Assembly (NCBI GenBank): GCA_963707915.1
Contig: OY970178.1
Coordinates: 1,696,001 to 1,760,000, forward strand
Direction: 5' to 3'
DNA length: 64,000 nucleotides
From: Candidatus Eiseniibacteriota bacterium
Lineage (GTDB): Bacteria > Eisenbacteria > RBG-16-71-46
How positions within the stretch are numbered: position 1 is the stretch's first letter; each line of letters starts with the position of its first letter. Made by a program: the position numbers and the translations under genes. Below are positions 35,016 through 52,534 of the stretch, piece after piece. The notes beneath the pieces are model-generated. The model made no database searches. It saw nothing but the letters and a program-made list of their open reading frames with translations, and was not told where the DNA came from.

Positions 35016-37367
35016 CTACGCCCTGGCGGAGAAGACGAAGAGGGGCATCCCGCCGTGACCTTGCCAGGGGCCCCAGTAGAGGTGCGCCGCGGCCTGCGAG
35101 AAACCCGCGGCCCTCAGCTCGTCGAGGACGTCCCAGCCCAGGTGGTGGAAGCACAGGCAGCCGTCGCCCACGGGATTGCCGTGGTACTCGGGCGCCCGCA
35201 CGTGCTCGAGCGTCCCATCCGGCCGCACGCGGGCGATGGTCTCGGTCGCGGGCTGCCAGGAGAAGAACGGGATCGAGAACGCCATGCAGCCGCCCGGCGC
35301 CAGGACGCGCCGGCTCTCGCGGAAGGCCTTGCGGAAGTCCGGAATGTGCTCGAAGACGTCCTGCGTGATCACGACGTCGAGGCTCTCCGAGGCGAACGAC
35401 AGGTCGGTGTGGTCCTCGTGCCGGATCCGCAGGTTGTTGCGCAGGCACTCCTGGCCCGGGGCCAGGCCCCGACCCAGGTACTCGCTGCCGACCAGGTTCG
35501 GGAAGCGCGACCGGTAGATCCGGTAACCGTGCGTGACCTGCTCGGCCAGGTAGATGCGCGCGGTGGGCGGAACCTGCAGCTCCTCGGTGAGGAGGGCGTA
35601 GAGGGCCCGCATCCGGCTGTTGAACCCGCAGGACGGGCAGATGAAGGTCTCCGTCCACGAGGGGTTGAAGGACCCCGCCTCGGTGACCTCGCCGTACTTC
35701 CAGCTCACGTTCATCATCTGCGGGGCGCCGCACACCGCGCACCAGGCCTTCACGGCGTGTGCGTGACGTGAGCGCATCAGCTGGTCGTCGAGGGTGTCCC
35801 CCACGGCCATCAGCGCGTCGGCGTCATGGGAACGCGCCTGCCAGGCCGCGTGGCTCTCGAACCGCCCCAGCCAGATGGAAGGGAAGAGACTCGTGCGCGC
35901 TCGCAGGTAGTCGGGAGGCGAGTGAGGGCAGAACGGCAGTCCCCGGGCCTCGCGCACGGCGTCGAGGGCGGCGTAGACGCCCTCGGCGCGGTCGCCGCCC
36001 TGCAGGCGCGCCGCCAGCGTGGTGTCGACCGCCGCCGCCAGCTCGGCGTGCTCCGCCAGCGCGCCGAGGAACGCCGGCACGCCCGCCGTGCCGCGCCCCG
36101 CGCTCACCAGCAGGGCGGCGATGTCCTGCGCCAGCGTCTCCGCCACCGCCCCGGCCGCGCCGTTCATCCGCACCAGTCGCCCGTACGCCTGCAGCGCCGC
36201 CGGCACATCGCCGGCGCCCGTCCCCGCCACCGCCAGCAACCGCTGCGCCTCGACGTCCTGCGGCACGTGCTCCGCCAGCGCCCGCGCGTAGGGCAGCGCC
36301 TCCGCCCCGCGCTGCTGGTGGTTGAGCAGGTCCACCAGCACGCTCGCCAGGTTCGCGTAGCGCAGCTCCAGCCCGAGCTCGTCGAACCCCGGGCCGAAGT
36401 GGTCCACCAGCAACCGCAGCGTGTCGATCGCCTCCACCGCGCGCCCGGCCAGCACCGCCGCGCGCACCCCCTGGAGGTCCTCCCGCACCCAGGCCGCCGT
36501 CTTCTCGCGCTCGCCCTCGTCGCGCGGCGCGCGCCAGGGTGGCAGCGTCGGCGCGTAGCCGAACCGCTGGTACAGCCCGCTCGGCCGCAGCTCGACGATC
36601 ACCGCCCGCGCGATCTCCGGGCCCAGCGAGCCGCCCGGGTCGCGGTCCTGCGCCGGCATGGTCTCCACCCGGCTCTCCTTCGGGTTGCCCGGCGGCGCCG
36701 CGCCCCGGTTCGCGCGCAGCGGCTCGGCCACCCCCCAGGCTTCCGTCTTCGCCCCGATCGCGTGGGTCGGCGCCTCCCACCACTCGGTGAGTGCCGCTTC
36801 GAGCTCCAGCCCGCTGAACGCGCAGACCCGTGCCAGCGTCGCCTCCGGCTGCGCCACCAGGTCCTCGTAGCGCACCACCAGCAGCGGACGGCCCGACGCC
36901 AGCCCGGCGTTCACCAGCGCCTCCTGCTGCTCGCGCCACTCCGCCACCCGCCGCCGCGCGTACTCCTCGGTCACCCCCGCGCGCTTGCGCACGTAGAGCA
37001 GCGGGTCGCACACGCACACCACCACCCGCGTGTCCTCGCCGCTCGCCGCCCCGTAGGCCAGCCGGGCCGTCAGCCAGCTCGCCGAGGCCGGACCCTCGAT
37101 CACCAGCCGCCGCCCGGTGGTCGCCGCCAGCGCGGCCGCCACCGCCGCCGGGCCCTCCGCCACCGCCGCCGTGACCGCCGGTGCGTTCCAGGTCGCGCAC
37201 TCCCCGGCGCAGCTGCGGCACTCGCGCGCCCCCGGCCCCGCGGCGGCGTCCCACTGCCGCCACAGCTCGCCGGCGAAGAACGCCTGCGAATGCGCGCCCA
37301 GCACGTGCCCCAGCAGCGCGGCCCCCGAGAACGGCGTCCCCGCGACGATCAGGCTCGTGTCTTCCAT
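35016..37367 (-). CDS. Sulfotransferase-like + TPR-like + class I methyltransferase fusion protein
   Basis: Same N-terminus as 32132-34870; C-domain WCAVCG..CPSCGFNSR..HEDHTDLSFASESLDVVITQDVFEHIPD..LAPGG..PEYHGNP. Confidence 0.85.
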   Translation of the reverse strand: MEDTSLIVAGTPFSGAALLGHVLGAHSQAFFAGELWRQWDAAAGPGARECRSCAGECATWNAPAVTAAVAEGPAAVAAALAATTGRRLVIEGPASASWLTARLAYGAASGEDTRVVVCVCDPLLYVRKRAGVTEEYARRRVAEWREQQEALVNAGLASGRPLLVVRYEDLVAQPEATLARVCAFSGLELEAALTEWWEAPTHAIGAKTEAWGVAEPLRANRGAAPPGNPKESRVETMPAQDRDPGGSLGPEIARAVIVELRPSGLYQRFGYAPTLPPWRAPRDEGEREKTAAWVREDLQGVRAAVLAGRAVEAIDTLRLLVDHFGPGFDELGLELRYANLASVLVDLLNHQQRGAEALPYARALAEHVPQDVEAQRLLAVAGTGAGDVPAALQAYGRLVRMNGAAGAVAETLAQDIAALLVSAGRGTAGVPAFLGALAEHAELAAAVDTTLAARLQGGDRAEGVYAALDAVREARGLPFCPHSPPDYLRARTSLFPSIWLGRFESHAAWQARSHDADALMAVGDTLDDQLMRSRHAHAVKAWCAVCGAPQMMNVSWKYGEVTEAGSFNPSWTETFICPSCGFNSRMRALYALLTEELQVPPTARIYLAEQVTHGYRIYRSRFPNLVGSEYLGRGLAPGQECLRNNLRIRHEDHTDLSFASESLDVVITQDVFEHIPDFRKAFRESRRVLAPGGCMAFSIPFFSWQPATETIARVRPDGTLEHVRAPEYHGNPVGDGCLCFHHLGWDVLDELRAAGFSQAAAHLYWGPWQGHGGMPLFVFSARA
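35934..37358 (-). repeat. Right arm of the 1425-bp inverted repeat (partner 32141-33565)
   Basis: The reverse complement matches the left arm. Confidence 0.96.
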
Positions 37368-37404
37368 GGCGGATCCCCCTCCGGCTTCCGGTCACTTCGT
37401 GTAC

Positions 37405-37510
37405 GCAAGAGGCGTGACAGGAACCGAACCGGCGCGGGGGCCGTCACTTGGGAGGCTTCATGGACGCACCACCGGCCGGGGATGCCGCTTCGCCCCGGCA
37501 GGACTTGCCG
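37405..37510 (-). promoter_or_regulatory. Activator site (37496-37510) plus variant sigma54 promoter TGTCACGCCTCTTGC (37405-37419)
   Basis: Homologous to 31998-32103. Confidence 0.6.
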
Positions 37511-37606
37511 GGGCGGTCGTGGAGGCGTGACGGGGAGGCCGGGCTCATGGGGATCATCACGGGCTCCCGGCCTGCCGCGGGCCGGTGCTCGTCCCGCCCT
37601 CGGCGA

Positions 37607-42880
<5,274 letters not shown>

Positions 42881-42934
42881 CCGACGAGCCCTCGGGGTCG
42901 ATCGGCCCGGTTCGAGAAACCGGTCATGACGACC

Positions 42935-45497
42935 TCACCGCGCCCAGAGGATCAAGCCGGTCGATTGCGGATGGGCGAGATCCTCGTGGCGGGGGATCAC
43001 GCGGACCGTGAGCCCGTGCGTGCCGCTCGTGCGGCACGGCATGCAGATCCTGAACGGCGTCCCGTCGCTCCCGGCCTCGCCCTCGGGCACCATCGGGACG
43101 GTGGTGGCCCCCACGATCTGCCGTCCCTCGTCCACCCTCCCGATGTAGACCTGCACCGCGAGATCGGCGGGATCCAGCCGCCCGGTCCGGACCCAGGCGC
43201 GGATCTCGAGCTCGGCGCCCACGCGGGTCGCGGGCGGCAGGTCGGTCTCGACCCGCACGATCTGGACGCCGTTCCAGGCCTGCCGGACACGCTCGCGCCA
43301 GCGCGCCAGGTCCCGCGCCCGGCGGTAGCCGCCGGCCTCCAGCCGCGCGCTGCGCTCCTGGGCCGAGCGGTAGGCCGTGATGGTGTAGTCATGCACCATG
43401 CGGTTCGTGTTGAAGACCGGGCACAGTTCGCCCATGGCGCTCTTCATGAGCGAGATCCAGCCCCGCGGCAGGCTGTCCGCGGTGCGGTCGTAGAAGAGCG
43501 GCACCACGTCCCGCTCCAGCAGTTCGTAGAGGGCCCCGGCCTCGAGGCGGTCCTGGTACTCGAGGTCCTGGTAGTCCTCGCCCCGGCCGATGCACCAGCC
43601 GGTGCGCGGGGAGCCCGCCTCGTCCCACCAGCCGTCCATGATGCTGAGGTTCAGCGCCCCGTTGAACGCCGCCTTCATGCCGCTCGTCCCGCAGGCCTCG
43701 AGCGGGCGCCGCGGCGTGTTGAGCCACACGTCCACGCCCTGGACCAGGTAGCGGCCCACCACCGTGTCGTAGTCCTCGAGGAAGACCACGCGCCGGCGGA
43801 ACTCCGGGCGGCGGGCGAGCTGGACGACCTTGCGGATGAAGGCCTTGCCCTCGTCGTCGCGCGGGTGCGCCTTGCCCGCGTAGATGATCTGCACCGGCCG
43901 CCCCGCGGCGTTGAGGATGCGCGCGAGCCGGTCGGGGTCGCGTCCACAACAGGGTGGCGCGCTTGTAGGTGGCGAAGCGGCGGGCGAAGCCGATCGTCAG
44001 GGCCTCCGGGTCGAGCACCTCCTCGACCTGCGCGACCTCGGCGCGACCGGCGCCGCGCTGCCGCAGCTGGTCGGCCAGGCGGCGGCGCGCGAAGCCCACG
44101 AGCCGCTCCCGCCGGCGCTCGTGCGTGCGCCACAGCTCCTCGCCGGGGATCTGCTGCCCGCGCGACCACACGCTCGAGTCGCCCGGCTCCTCGGCCCAGC
44201 GCGGCCCCAGGTAGCGGTCGTACAGCTCGCGCATCTCGCTCGAGATCCAGGACTGCGGGTGCACGCCGTTGGTGACGTGGGTGATCGGGATCTCGTCCAG
44301 CGGCACCCCGGCCCACAGGTCCTGCCACATCGTGCGCGAGACCTCGCCGTGCAGCCGGCTGACCCCGTTCGCGGAACTGGAGGTGCGGATCGCCAGCACC
44401 GCCTGGTTGAAGGGCTCGGTGGTCACGCCCGGGTGGAAGCGACCGAGGTCGAGGAACGCCTCGCGCGACAGGCCCAGTTCGGTGCGGTACGCGGCGAAGT
44501 AGCGCTCCATCTGCTCGGGCGTGAAGACGTCGATCCCCGCCGGCACGGGCGTGTGCGTGGTGAACACGCCGCTCGCGGCGACCATCTCGAGGGCCTCCGC
44601 GAACGAGAGCCCCTGCTCGGGCATCAGCGAACGGATCCGCTCCAGTCCCAGGAAGGCGCAGTGTCCCTCGTTCATGTGGAAGACGCGGGGCCGCAGCCCG
44701 ACGGCATCGAGGACGCGCACGCCGCCGATCCCCAGCACGATCTCCTGGAGGATGCGCCGGTCGTCGCCGCCCCGGTAGAGCTCGTCGGTGATGTCCCGGT
44801 ACTGGGCCGGGTTCTCGGGGAGGTTCGTGTCCAGCAGCAGCAGCCGCACGCGGCCCACCTGCGCCCGCCACGGCCGGATCTGCACCGGCGTGCCCGCCAG
44901 TTCGACGGTGACGCGCACCGGCCGGCCGTGGTTGTCGTAGCAGGGCCTCACGGGCATGGTCGAGAAGTCGTTGACCGGGTAGCTCTCCTGCTGCCAGCCC
45001 TCGGCGTTCAGGTACTGGTGGAAGTATCCCTTCTGGTAGAGCAGGCCGACGCCCACCAGCGGCACGCCCAGGTCGCTGGCCGACTTCAGGTGGTCGCCCG
45101 CCAGCATGCCGAGACCGCCGGAGTAGATCGGCAGGCACTCGGTGATCCCGAACTCCATCGAGAAGTACGCCACGTCGGGCGTGGTCGCGGCCCCGAAGGT
45201 CTTGCGGTGCCAGACCCCGGTGCCGCCCACGTAGTCCCGCAGGTCGGCGGCGACGCGGTCGAGGTGCGCGAGGAAGGCCTCGTCCTGCGCCAGCTCCAGC
45301 AGACGCTCCTGCGAGATGCTGCCCAGCATCAGCACCGGGTTGTGGCGGGCGGTCTCCCAGAGGTCGCGGTCCAGCCGCCGGAACAGGCTGATGGTCTCGT
45401 GGTCCCACGACCAGCGAAGGTTGTAGGCGAGGTCCTCGAGGACACCCAGGCGTTCGGGGAGAAGCGGGCTGACGTGGAACGTCTTGACCGGGTGCAT
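42935..45497 (-). CDS. glgP: Alpha-glucan (glycogen) phosphorylase, apparent frameshift near 43945
   Basis: [73 protein letters not shown]. Confidence 0.94.
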
Positions 45498-45726
45498 CGG
45501 AACTCCTCGCGTACTGGGCCTGCCGCCACGACCGCGACAACGGACGCCGAAGACCGCGCGCCACCGCGAGGCCACCCACCGCGGCCCGCTCCCGCGCACG
45601 TTCGGGACGCCGCACCGCGGCGCCAGCCGGGGCACGGAACCACCCTTGATGATCGGCACCCCCGGCAGGGCCTTGAGGAGACTCGCCCGTGGCCACGGGA
45701 GAGCCCCGGCTCAGCCCGGTTCGGGG

Positions 45727-45754
45727 TCAAGCGGCCGGCCCCCGGGGCCGATAA
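45727..45754 (+). promoter_or_regulatory. sigma28-like promoter of the downstream hybrid kinase
   Basis: TCAAG...GCCGATAA with a perfect -10 element and an N16 spacer. Confidence 0.6.
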
Positions 45755-45822
45755 ACGATGGAAACCCCGTGGAGCGCGGCGGCCGCCGCACTCCGCGTCC
45801 GATCCGTTCCGGAAGGGAGTCC

Positions 45823-48567
<2,745 letters not shown>

Positions 48568-48735
48568 GCCGGCACCGCCGGCGCGGACGCGCGCTCCCCG
48601 CGCGCCGGGTCCCGCGCCCCGGCGCGTTGTGTGCCACCAACCGCCCCGCCACGCACCCGCCGCGCCCCGCAGGCGACCCCGCGTGGACCGGGCACGCCTG
48701 CTGCGCTACGCTCGGGACCGAGCGAGGCGCGGCCC

Positions 48736-49989
48736 ATGCATCCTTCTTCCACGACCACCCGCCGTGACTTCCTGCTGAGGACCTGCGCGGCCTGCGGGGC
48801 CCTGATGGCAGGGAGCCCATGGCTCCCCGTGTCCCCGGAACGGTTCCCGCTCTCGCCCCGGCCGGCCTTCGCCGCGGGCGACCCGCTCGCCGGGCTCCTG
48901 CGCACCGCGCCGCGGGCGCGCTACTGGGCGTCGACCGCGCCCGCGGGCGGCAGCGACTGCGCCGCCTGTCACCCGGCGGGCTCGCTCCGCGCCGGCGCGA
49001 AGCCCGCGCACCGGCGCACGCTCGTCCGCTGCCTGCTCTGCGCGCGCGGCTGCACGCTGGCCGAGGGCGAGCGCGGCATGTGCCGCGCGCGCATCCACGT
49101 GAACGGCGAGCTGCGCAGCCTGGTCTACGGGCGGCCCATGGCCATCCACGTGGACCCGATCGAGAAGAAGCCGTTCTTCCACTTCCTGCCGGGCGCCGCG
49201 GCGTACTCGCTGGCGACCAGCGGCTGCCCGCTGCGCTGCAAGTTCTGCCAGAACTGGGAGATCTCGCAGGCCCGCCCCGAGGACTACGCCCAGGCACCGC
49301 TGCCCGCGGCGAACCTCGCGCGCGCCGCGGTCGACCGGGGAGCGCGGGTCATCGCCTTCACCTACAACGAGCCGACGGTCTTCACCGAGTACCTGACCGA
49401 CGTCGCGCGGGCCGGCCGGCCGCTCGGCCGTCGCGCGGTGCTGGTCTCGTGCGGCTACATGAACGAGGCGCCGCTGGCCGAGATGTGCGGGGTGCTCGAT
49501 GCCGTCAAGGTGGATCTCAAGGGGTTCAGCGAGGACTTCTACCGTGACGTGTGCGGGGCGGAGCTGAAGCCGGTGCTGCGCAGCATCCGGCAGGTGGCGA
49601 AGAGCGGCGTTCACCTCGAGATCGTGAACCTCGTGGTGCCCACGCTCAACGACTCGCCGCGGATGCTGAGCGAGCTGGCGAAGTGGGTCGTGGGCGAGGT
49701 CGGGCCCGACGTGCCGGTCCACTTCACGCGCTTCCACCCCGACTACCAGTTGACCCACCTCCCCGACACGCCGGTGGCCACGCTCGAGCGCGCGCGGGAG
49801 ACCGGCCTGCAACAGGGCCTGCGCTTCGCGTACGTCGGCAACGTGCCGGGGCACCCGGGGAACCACACCTACTGTCCGAAGTGCGGCCGGGCGGTGATCG
49901 AGCGCGACGGGCTGTTCGTGACCGGGATGCACTTGAAGGACGGGCACTGCGAGTACTGCGGCCGCGCCATCCCGGGCGTGTGGAGCTGA
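48736..49989 (+). CDS. amrS: AmmeMemoRadiSam radical SAM enzyme with a twin-arginine-like N-terminus
   Basis: DPIEKKPFFHFLPG, GCPLRCKFCQNWEISQ, AFTYNEP, RFHPDY, YVGNVPG..TYCPKCG; N-terminal TRRDFL. Confidence 0.92.
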   Translation: MHPSSTTTRRDFLLRTCAACGALMAGSPWLPVSPERFPLSPRPAFAAGDPLAGLLRTAPRARYWASTAPAGGSDCAACHPAGSLRAGAKPAHRRTLVRCLLCARGCTLAEGERGMCRARIHVNGELRSLVYGRPMAIHVDPIEKKPFFHFLPGAAAYSLATSGCPLRCKFCQNWEISQARPEDYAQAPLPAANLARAAVDRGARVIAFTYNEPTVFTEYLTDVARAGRPLGRRAVLVSCGYMNEAPLAEMCGVLDAVKVDLKGFSEDFYRDVCGAELKPVLRSIRQVAKSGVHLEIVNLVVPTLNDSPRMLSELAKWVVGEVGPDVPVHFTRFHPDYQLTHLPDTPVATLERARETGLQQGLRFAYVGNVPGHPGNHTYCPKCGRAVIERDGLFVTGMHLKDGHCEYCGRAIPGVWS

Positions 49990-49993
49990 CGCG

Positions 49994-50920
49994 ATGAGAC
50001 GAGCCGTGCGCCCGCCGGCGGTGGCGGGCGCGTTCTATCCACAGGAGCCGCGGCGCCTCGAAGCCGAGGTGAAGACGCTGCTCGACCAGGCGCGGCCACC
50101 GCGCGGCGGTCGCCCGATCGGGCTCGTGGTCCCGCACGCGGGCTTCGCCTACTCGGGACTGATCGCCGCCGACGCCTGGCGGCAGGCGCAGGGCCACCGC
50201 TACGACCTCGTGGTCCTGCTCGGGACCAACCACACCGCCGGCTTCTTCACCGGGATCTCGGTGTTCCTCGGCAGCGGCTGCCGCACGCCGCTGGACGTCG
50301 TGCAGGTGGACAGGCAGGCGGCGTCCAGCCTGCTCGCCGCCGACCACGACTGCTCCTCCGACCCGGCGCCGCACGAACGCGAGCACTCGATCGAGGTGCA
50401 GTTGCCGTTCGTGCAAACCGTGCTGCCCGGGGTGCCCATCCTGCCGGTGATCGTCAGCGACGAGGACCCTCACGTGTGCGCCCGCCTGGGCGTGGCGCTG
50501 GCGAACGTGCTCGCCGGACGCCGCGCCCTGATCGCCGCGAGCAGCGACCTCTCGCACTACCCGTCCTACGAGGATGCCGCCGCCGCGGATCGCGCGGTGC
50601 TGGCCGCGATGGCCCGGATGGACCCGGACGGCCTGCGCGCCACCATCGCCCGCGAGGAGGGCGCCGGGCGGCGCGGGCTCGACACCTGCGCCTGCGGGCT
50701 GGCGCCCGTGCTCGCGCTGCTGGCCGCCGCGCGGACGCTCGGCGCCACGCGCGGCACCGTGCTCTCGCACGCCAGCAGCGGCGACGCGCCGCCGGGCGAC
50801 CGCGCGCGCGTCGTGGGGTACGGTGCCGTGCTGTTCACCGCGGGCGAGCCCGGCGCCGACCTGGCGGAACTCGACGAGCCCGCCCACGTGCCGCGTCCCG
50901 CACCCCGGAGCCGACGATGA
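49994..50920 (+). CDS. amrB: AmmeMemoRadiSam protein B (MEMO1 family)
   Basis: VRPPAVAGAFYP, PHAGFAYSG, EHSIEVQLPF, SSDLSHY, CG, VVGY. Confidence 0.92.
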   Translation: MRRAVRPPAVAGAFYPQEPRRLEAEVKTLLDQARPPRGGRPIGLVVPHAGFAYSGLIAADAWRQAQGHRYDLVVLLGTNHTAGFFTGISVFLGSGCRTPLDVVQVDRQAASSLLAADHDCSSDPAPHEREHSIEVQLPFVQTVLPGVPILPVIVSDEDPHVCARLGVALANVLAGRRALIAASSDLSHYPSYEDAAAADRAVLAAMARMDPDGLRATIAREEGAGRRGLDTCACGLAPVLALLAAARTLGATRGTVLSHASSGDAPPGDRARVVGYGAVLFTAGEPGADLAELDEPAHVPRPAPRSRR

Positions 50921-52494
50921 GCCCTTCGCCCTCCTGGCCCGCGCAGCGCCCTGGCGCGTGGTTCGCGCCGGCCGCCCTGTCCGCCGCGGCGCTCCTCTTC
51001 GGCAGCGCCACCTGCTCCTCCCCGGCGGTCACGACCGCGCCCGCGGCGGTCCGCCCGCCCGCCGTCGCCGGGCAGTTCTACCCGCGCGAGCCCGCCCGGC
51101 TCGAAGCCGCGGTGAAGGCGTTCCTCGCCGACGCAGTCCCGGCGCGGGGCGTACGACCCATCGCGCTGGTCCTGCCGCACGCGGGCTACGTCTACTCGGG
51201 ACAGATCGCGGCCGACGGCTGGCGCCAGGCGGCGGGCCAGGCCTACGACCTCGTGGTCATCCTCGGCACCAACCACACCACGCCGGGCTTCTCGGGCGTC
51301 TCGGTCTTCCCCGGCACGGGCTTCCGCACGCCGCTGGGGGTGGCCGCGGTGGACACGGCGGCCGCCGCTGCGCTGCTGGCCGCGGGCGGGGTCATCCGCC
51401 CCGACCTGCGCGTCCACGAGCGCGAACATTCGATCGAGGTGCAGGTGCCGTTCGCGCAGGTCGTGCTGCCGGGCGTGAGGATCCTGCCGGTGATCGTCGC
51501 GACCGAGGACCCGCTGGCCCTGGCGCGCTTCGTCCAGGCGCTGGCGCGGGTGCTCGCCGGGCGCCGGGCGCTGGTGGTGGCGAGCAGCGACCTTTCGCAC
51601 TACCCGGACTACGATGGCGGTGTCGCCGCGGACCGCGCCGTGCTCGCCGCCATCGCGCGGATGGACGCGGCCGGGCTGCAGCAGGTCGCGGCGGCCCAGT
51701 TGCGGGCCGGTCACCGCGGCCTCGAGACCTGTGCCTGCGGAGAGGGGGCGATCATGTCGGCGATGGAGACGGCCCGGGCGCTGGGCGCCCGGCGCGGCAT
51801 CGTGTTGTCGCGGGCGAACAGCGGCGACGTGCCGCTCGGCGATCCCGCGCGCGTCGTGGGCTACGGGGCGGTGATGTTCTGCGCGGACCGGGGCGAGGGC
51901 GACACCGCGGCGCTCGGCGGGCCGGCCGCGGCGCCGGACGACACGATACTCGGGCCCGCGGACCGGAAGGCGCTGCTCGGGCTGGCGCGCGCCACGCTGG
52001 AGCGCTGGTTCGCGACCGGCACGGTGCCGCTGCCCCGCGGCTTCTCCCCCGCCGCGCAGCGCCGGCTGGGCGTGTTCGTGACCCTCTACCAGCGCGGCGA
52101 GCTGCGCGGCTGCATCGGCCACATGGCCGAGGACCGGCCGCTGCCGCAGAACGTCGGGGCCATGGCGCTGGCGGCCGCGACCGAGGACCCGCGCTTCCCG
52201 CCGCTCGCTCCCGGCGAGCTCGCCGGCCTCGAGATCGAGATCTCGGTGCTCACCCCGCTGGAGCGCGTCGCCGGGCCCGGCGCGGTCGTCGTGGGCCGCG
52301 ATGGCGTGCAGATCCGCAAGGACGGCCGCACCGCGGTGTTCCTGCCCCAGGTGGCGACCGAGCAGGGCTGGGACCGGGACGCGCTGCTGGAGAACCTCTG
52401 CCTCAAGGCGGGGCTCCCGGGCGACGCGTGGAAGGACGGCGCCGAGCTCTGGACCTTCCGCAGCGTCCACTTCCGCGAGTCGCAGTCCCGGTGA
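50917..52494 (+). CDS. Fused AmmeMemoRadiSam protein B/A (MEMO1 + AMMECR1) with a signal-peptide-like N-terminus
   Basis: Second MEMO domain, then GVFVTL..LRGCIG..DPRFPP..EISVLT..FLPQVA.EQGW..LCLKAG. Confidence 0.9.
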   Translation: MSPSPSWPAQRPGAWFAPAALSAAALLFGSATCSSPAVTTAPAAVRPPAVAGQFYPREPARLEAAVKAFLADAVPARGVRPIALVLPHAGYVYSGQIAADGWRQAAGQAYDLVVILGTNHTTPGFSGVSVFPGTGFRTPLGVAAVDTAAAAALLAAGGVIRPDLRVHEREHSIEVQVPFAQVVLPGVRILPVIVATEDPLALARFVQALARVLAGRRALVVASSDLSHYPDYDGGVAADRAVLAAIARMDAAGLQQVAAAQLRAGHRGLETCACGEGAIMSAMETARALGARRGIVLSRANSGDVPLGDPARVVGYGAVMFCADRGEGDTAALGGPAAAPDDTILGPADRKALLGLARATLERWFATGTVPLPRGFSPAAQRRLGVFVTLYQRGELRGCIGHMAEDRPLPQNVGAMALAAATEDPRFPPLAPGELAGLEIEISVLTPLERVAGPGAVVVGRDGVQIRKDGRTAVFLPQVATEQGWDRDALLENLCLKAGLPGDAWKDGAELWTFRSVHFRESQSR

Positions 52495-52534
52495 GGCGCG
52501 GTCGCGCGCCGCGACCGCGCGGTCCGGGACGCGG

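Noticed and set aside
32141..37358. Composite transposon or diversity-generating retroelement as the source of the long repeat
   Set aside because: The arms encode an enzyme-like domain. There is no transposase or reverse transcriptase, and the differences are not adenine-specific.
32141..37358. Pure assembly artefact (fold-back chimera)
   Set aside because: The copies differ at mostly synonymous sites, have diverged but homologous upstream regions, and each joins in frame to a distinct domain. Read confirmation is still advisable.
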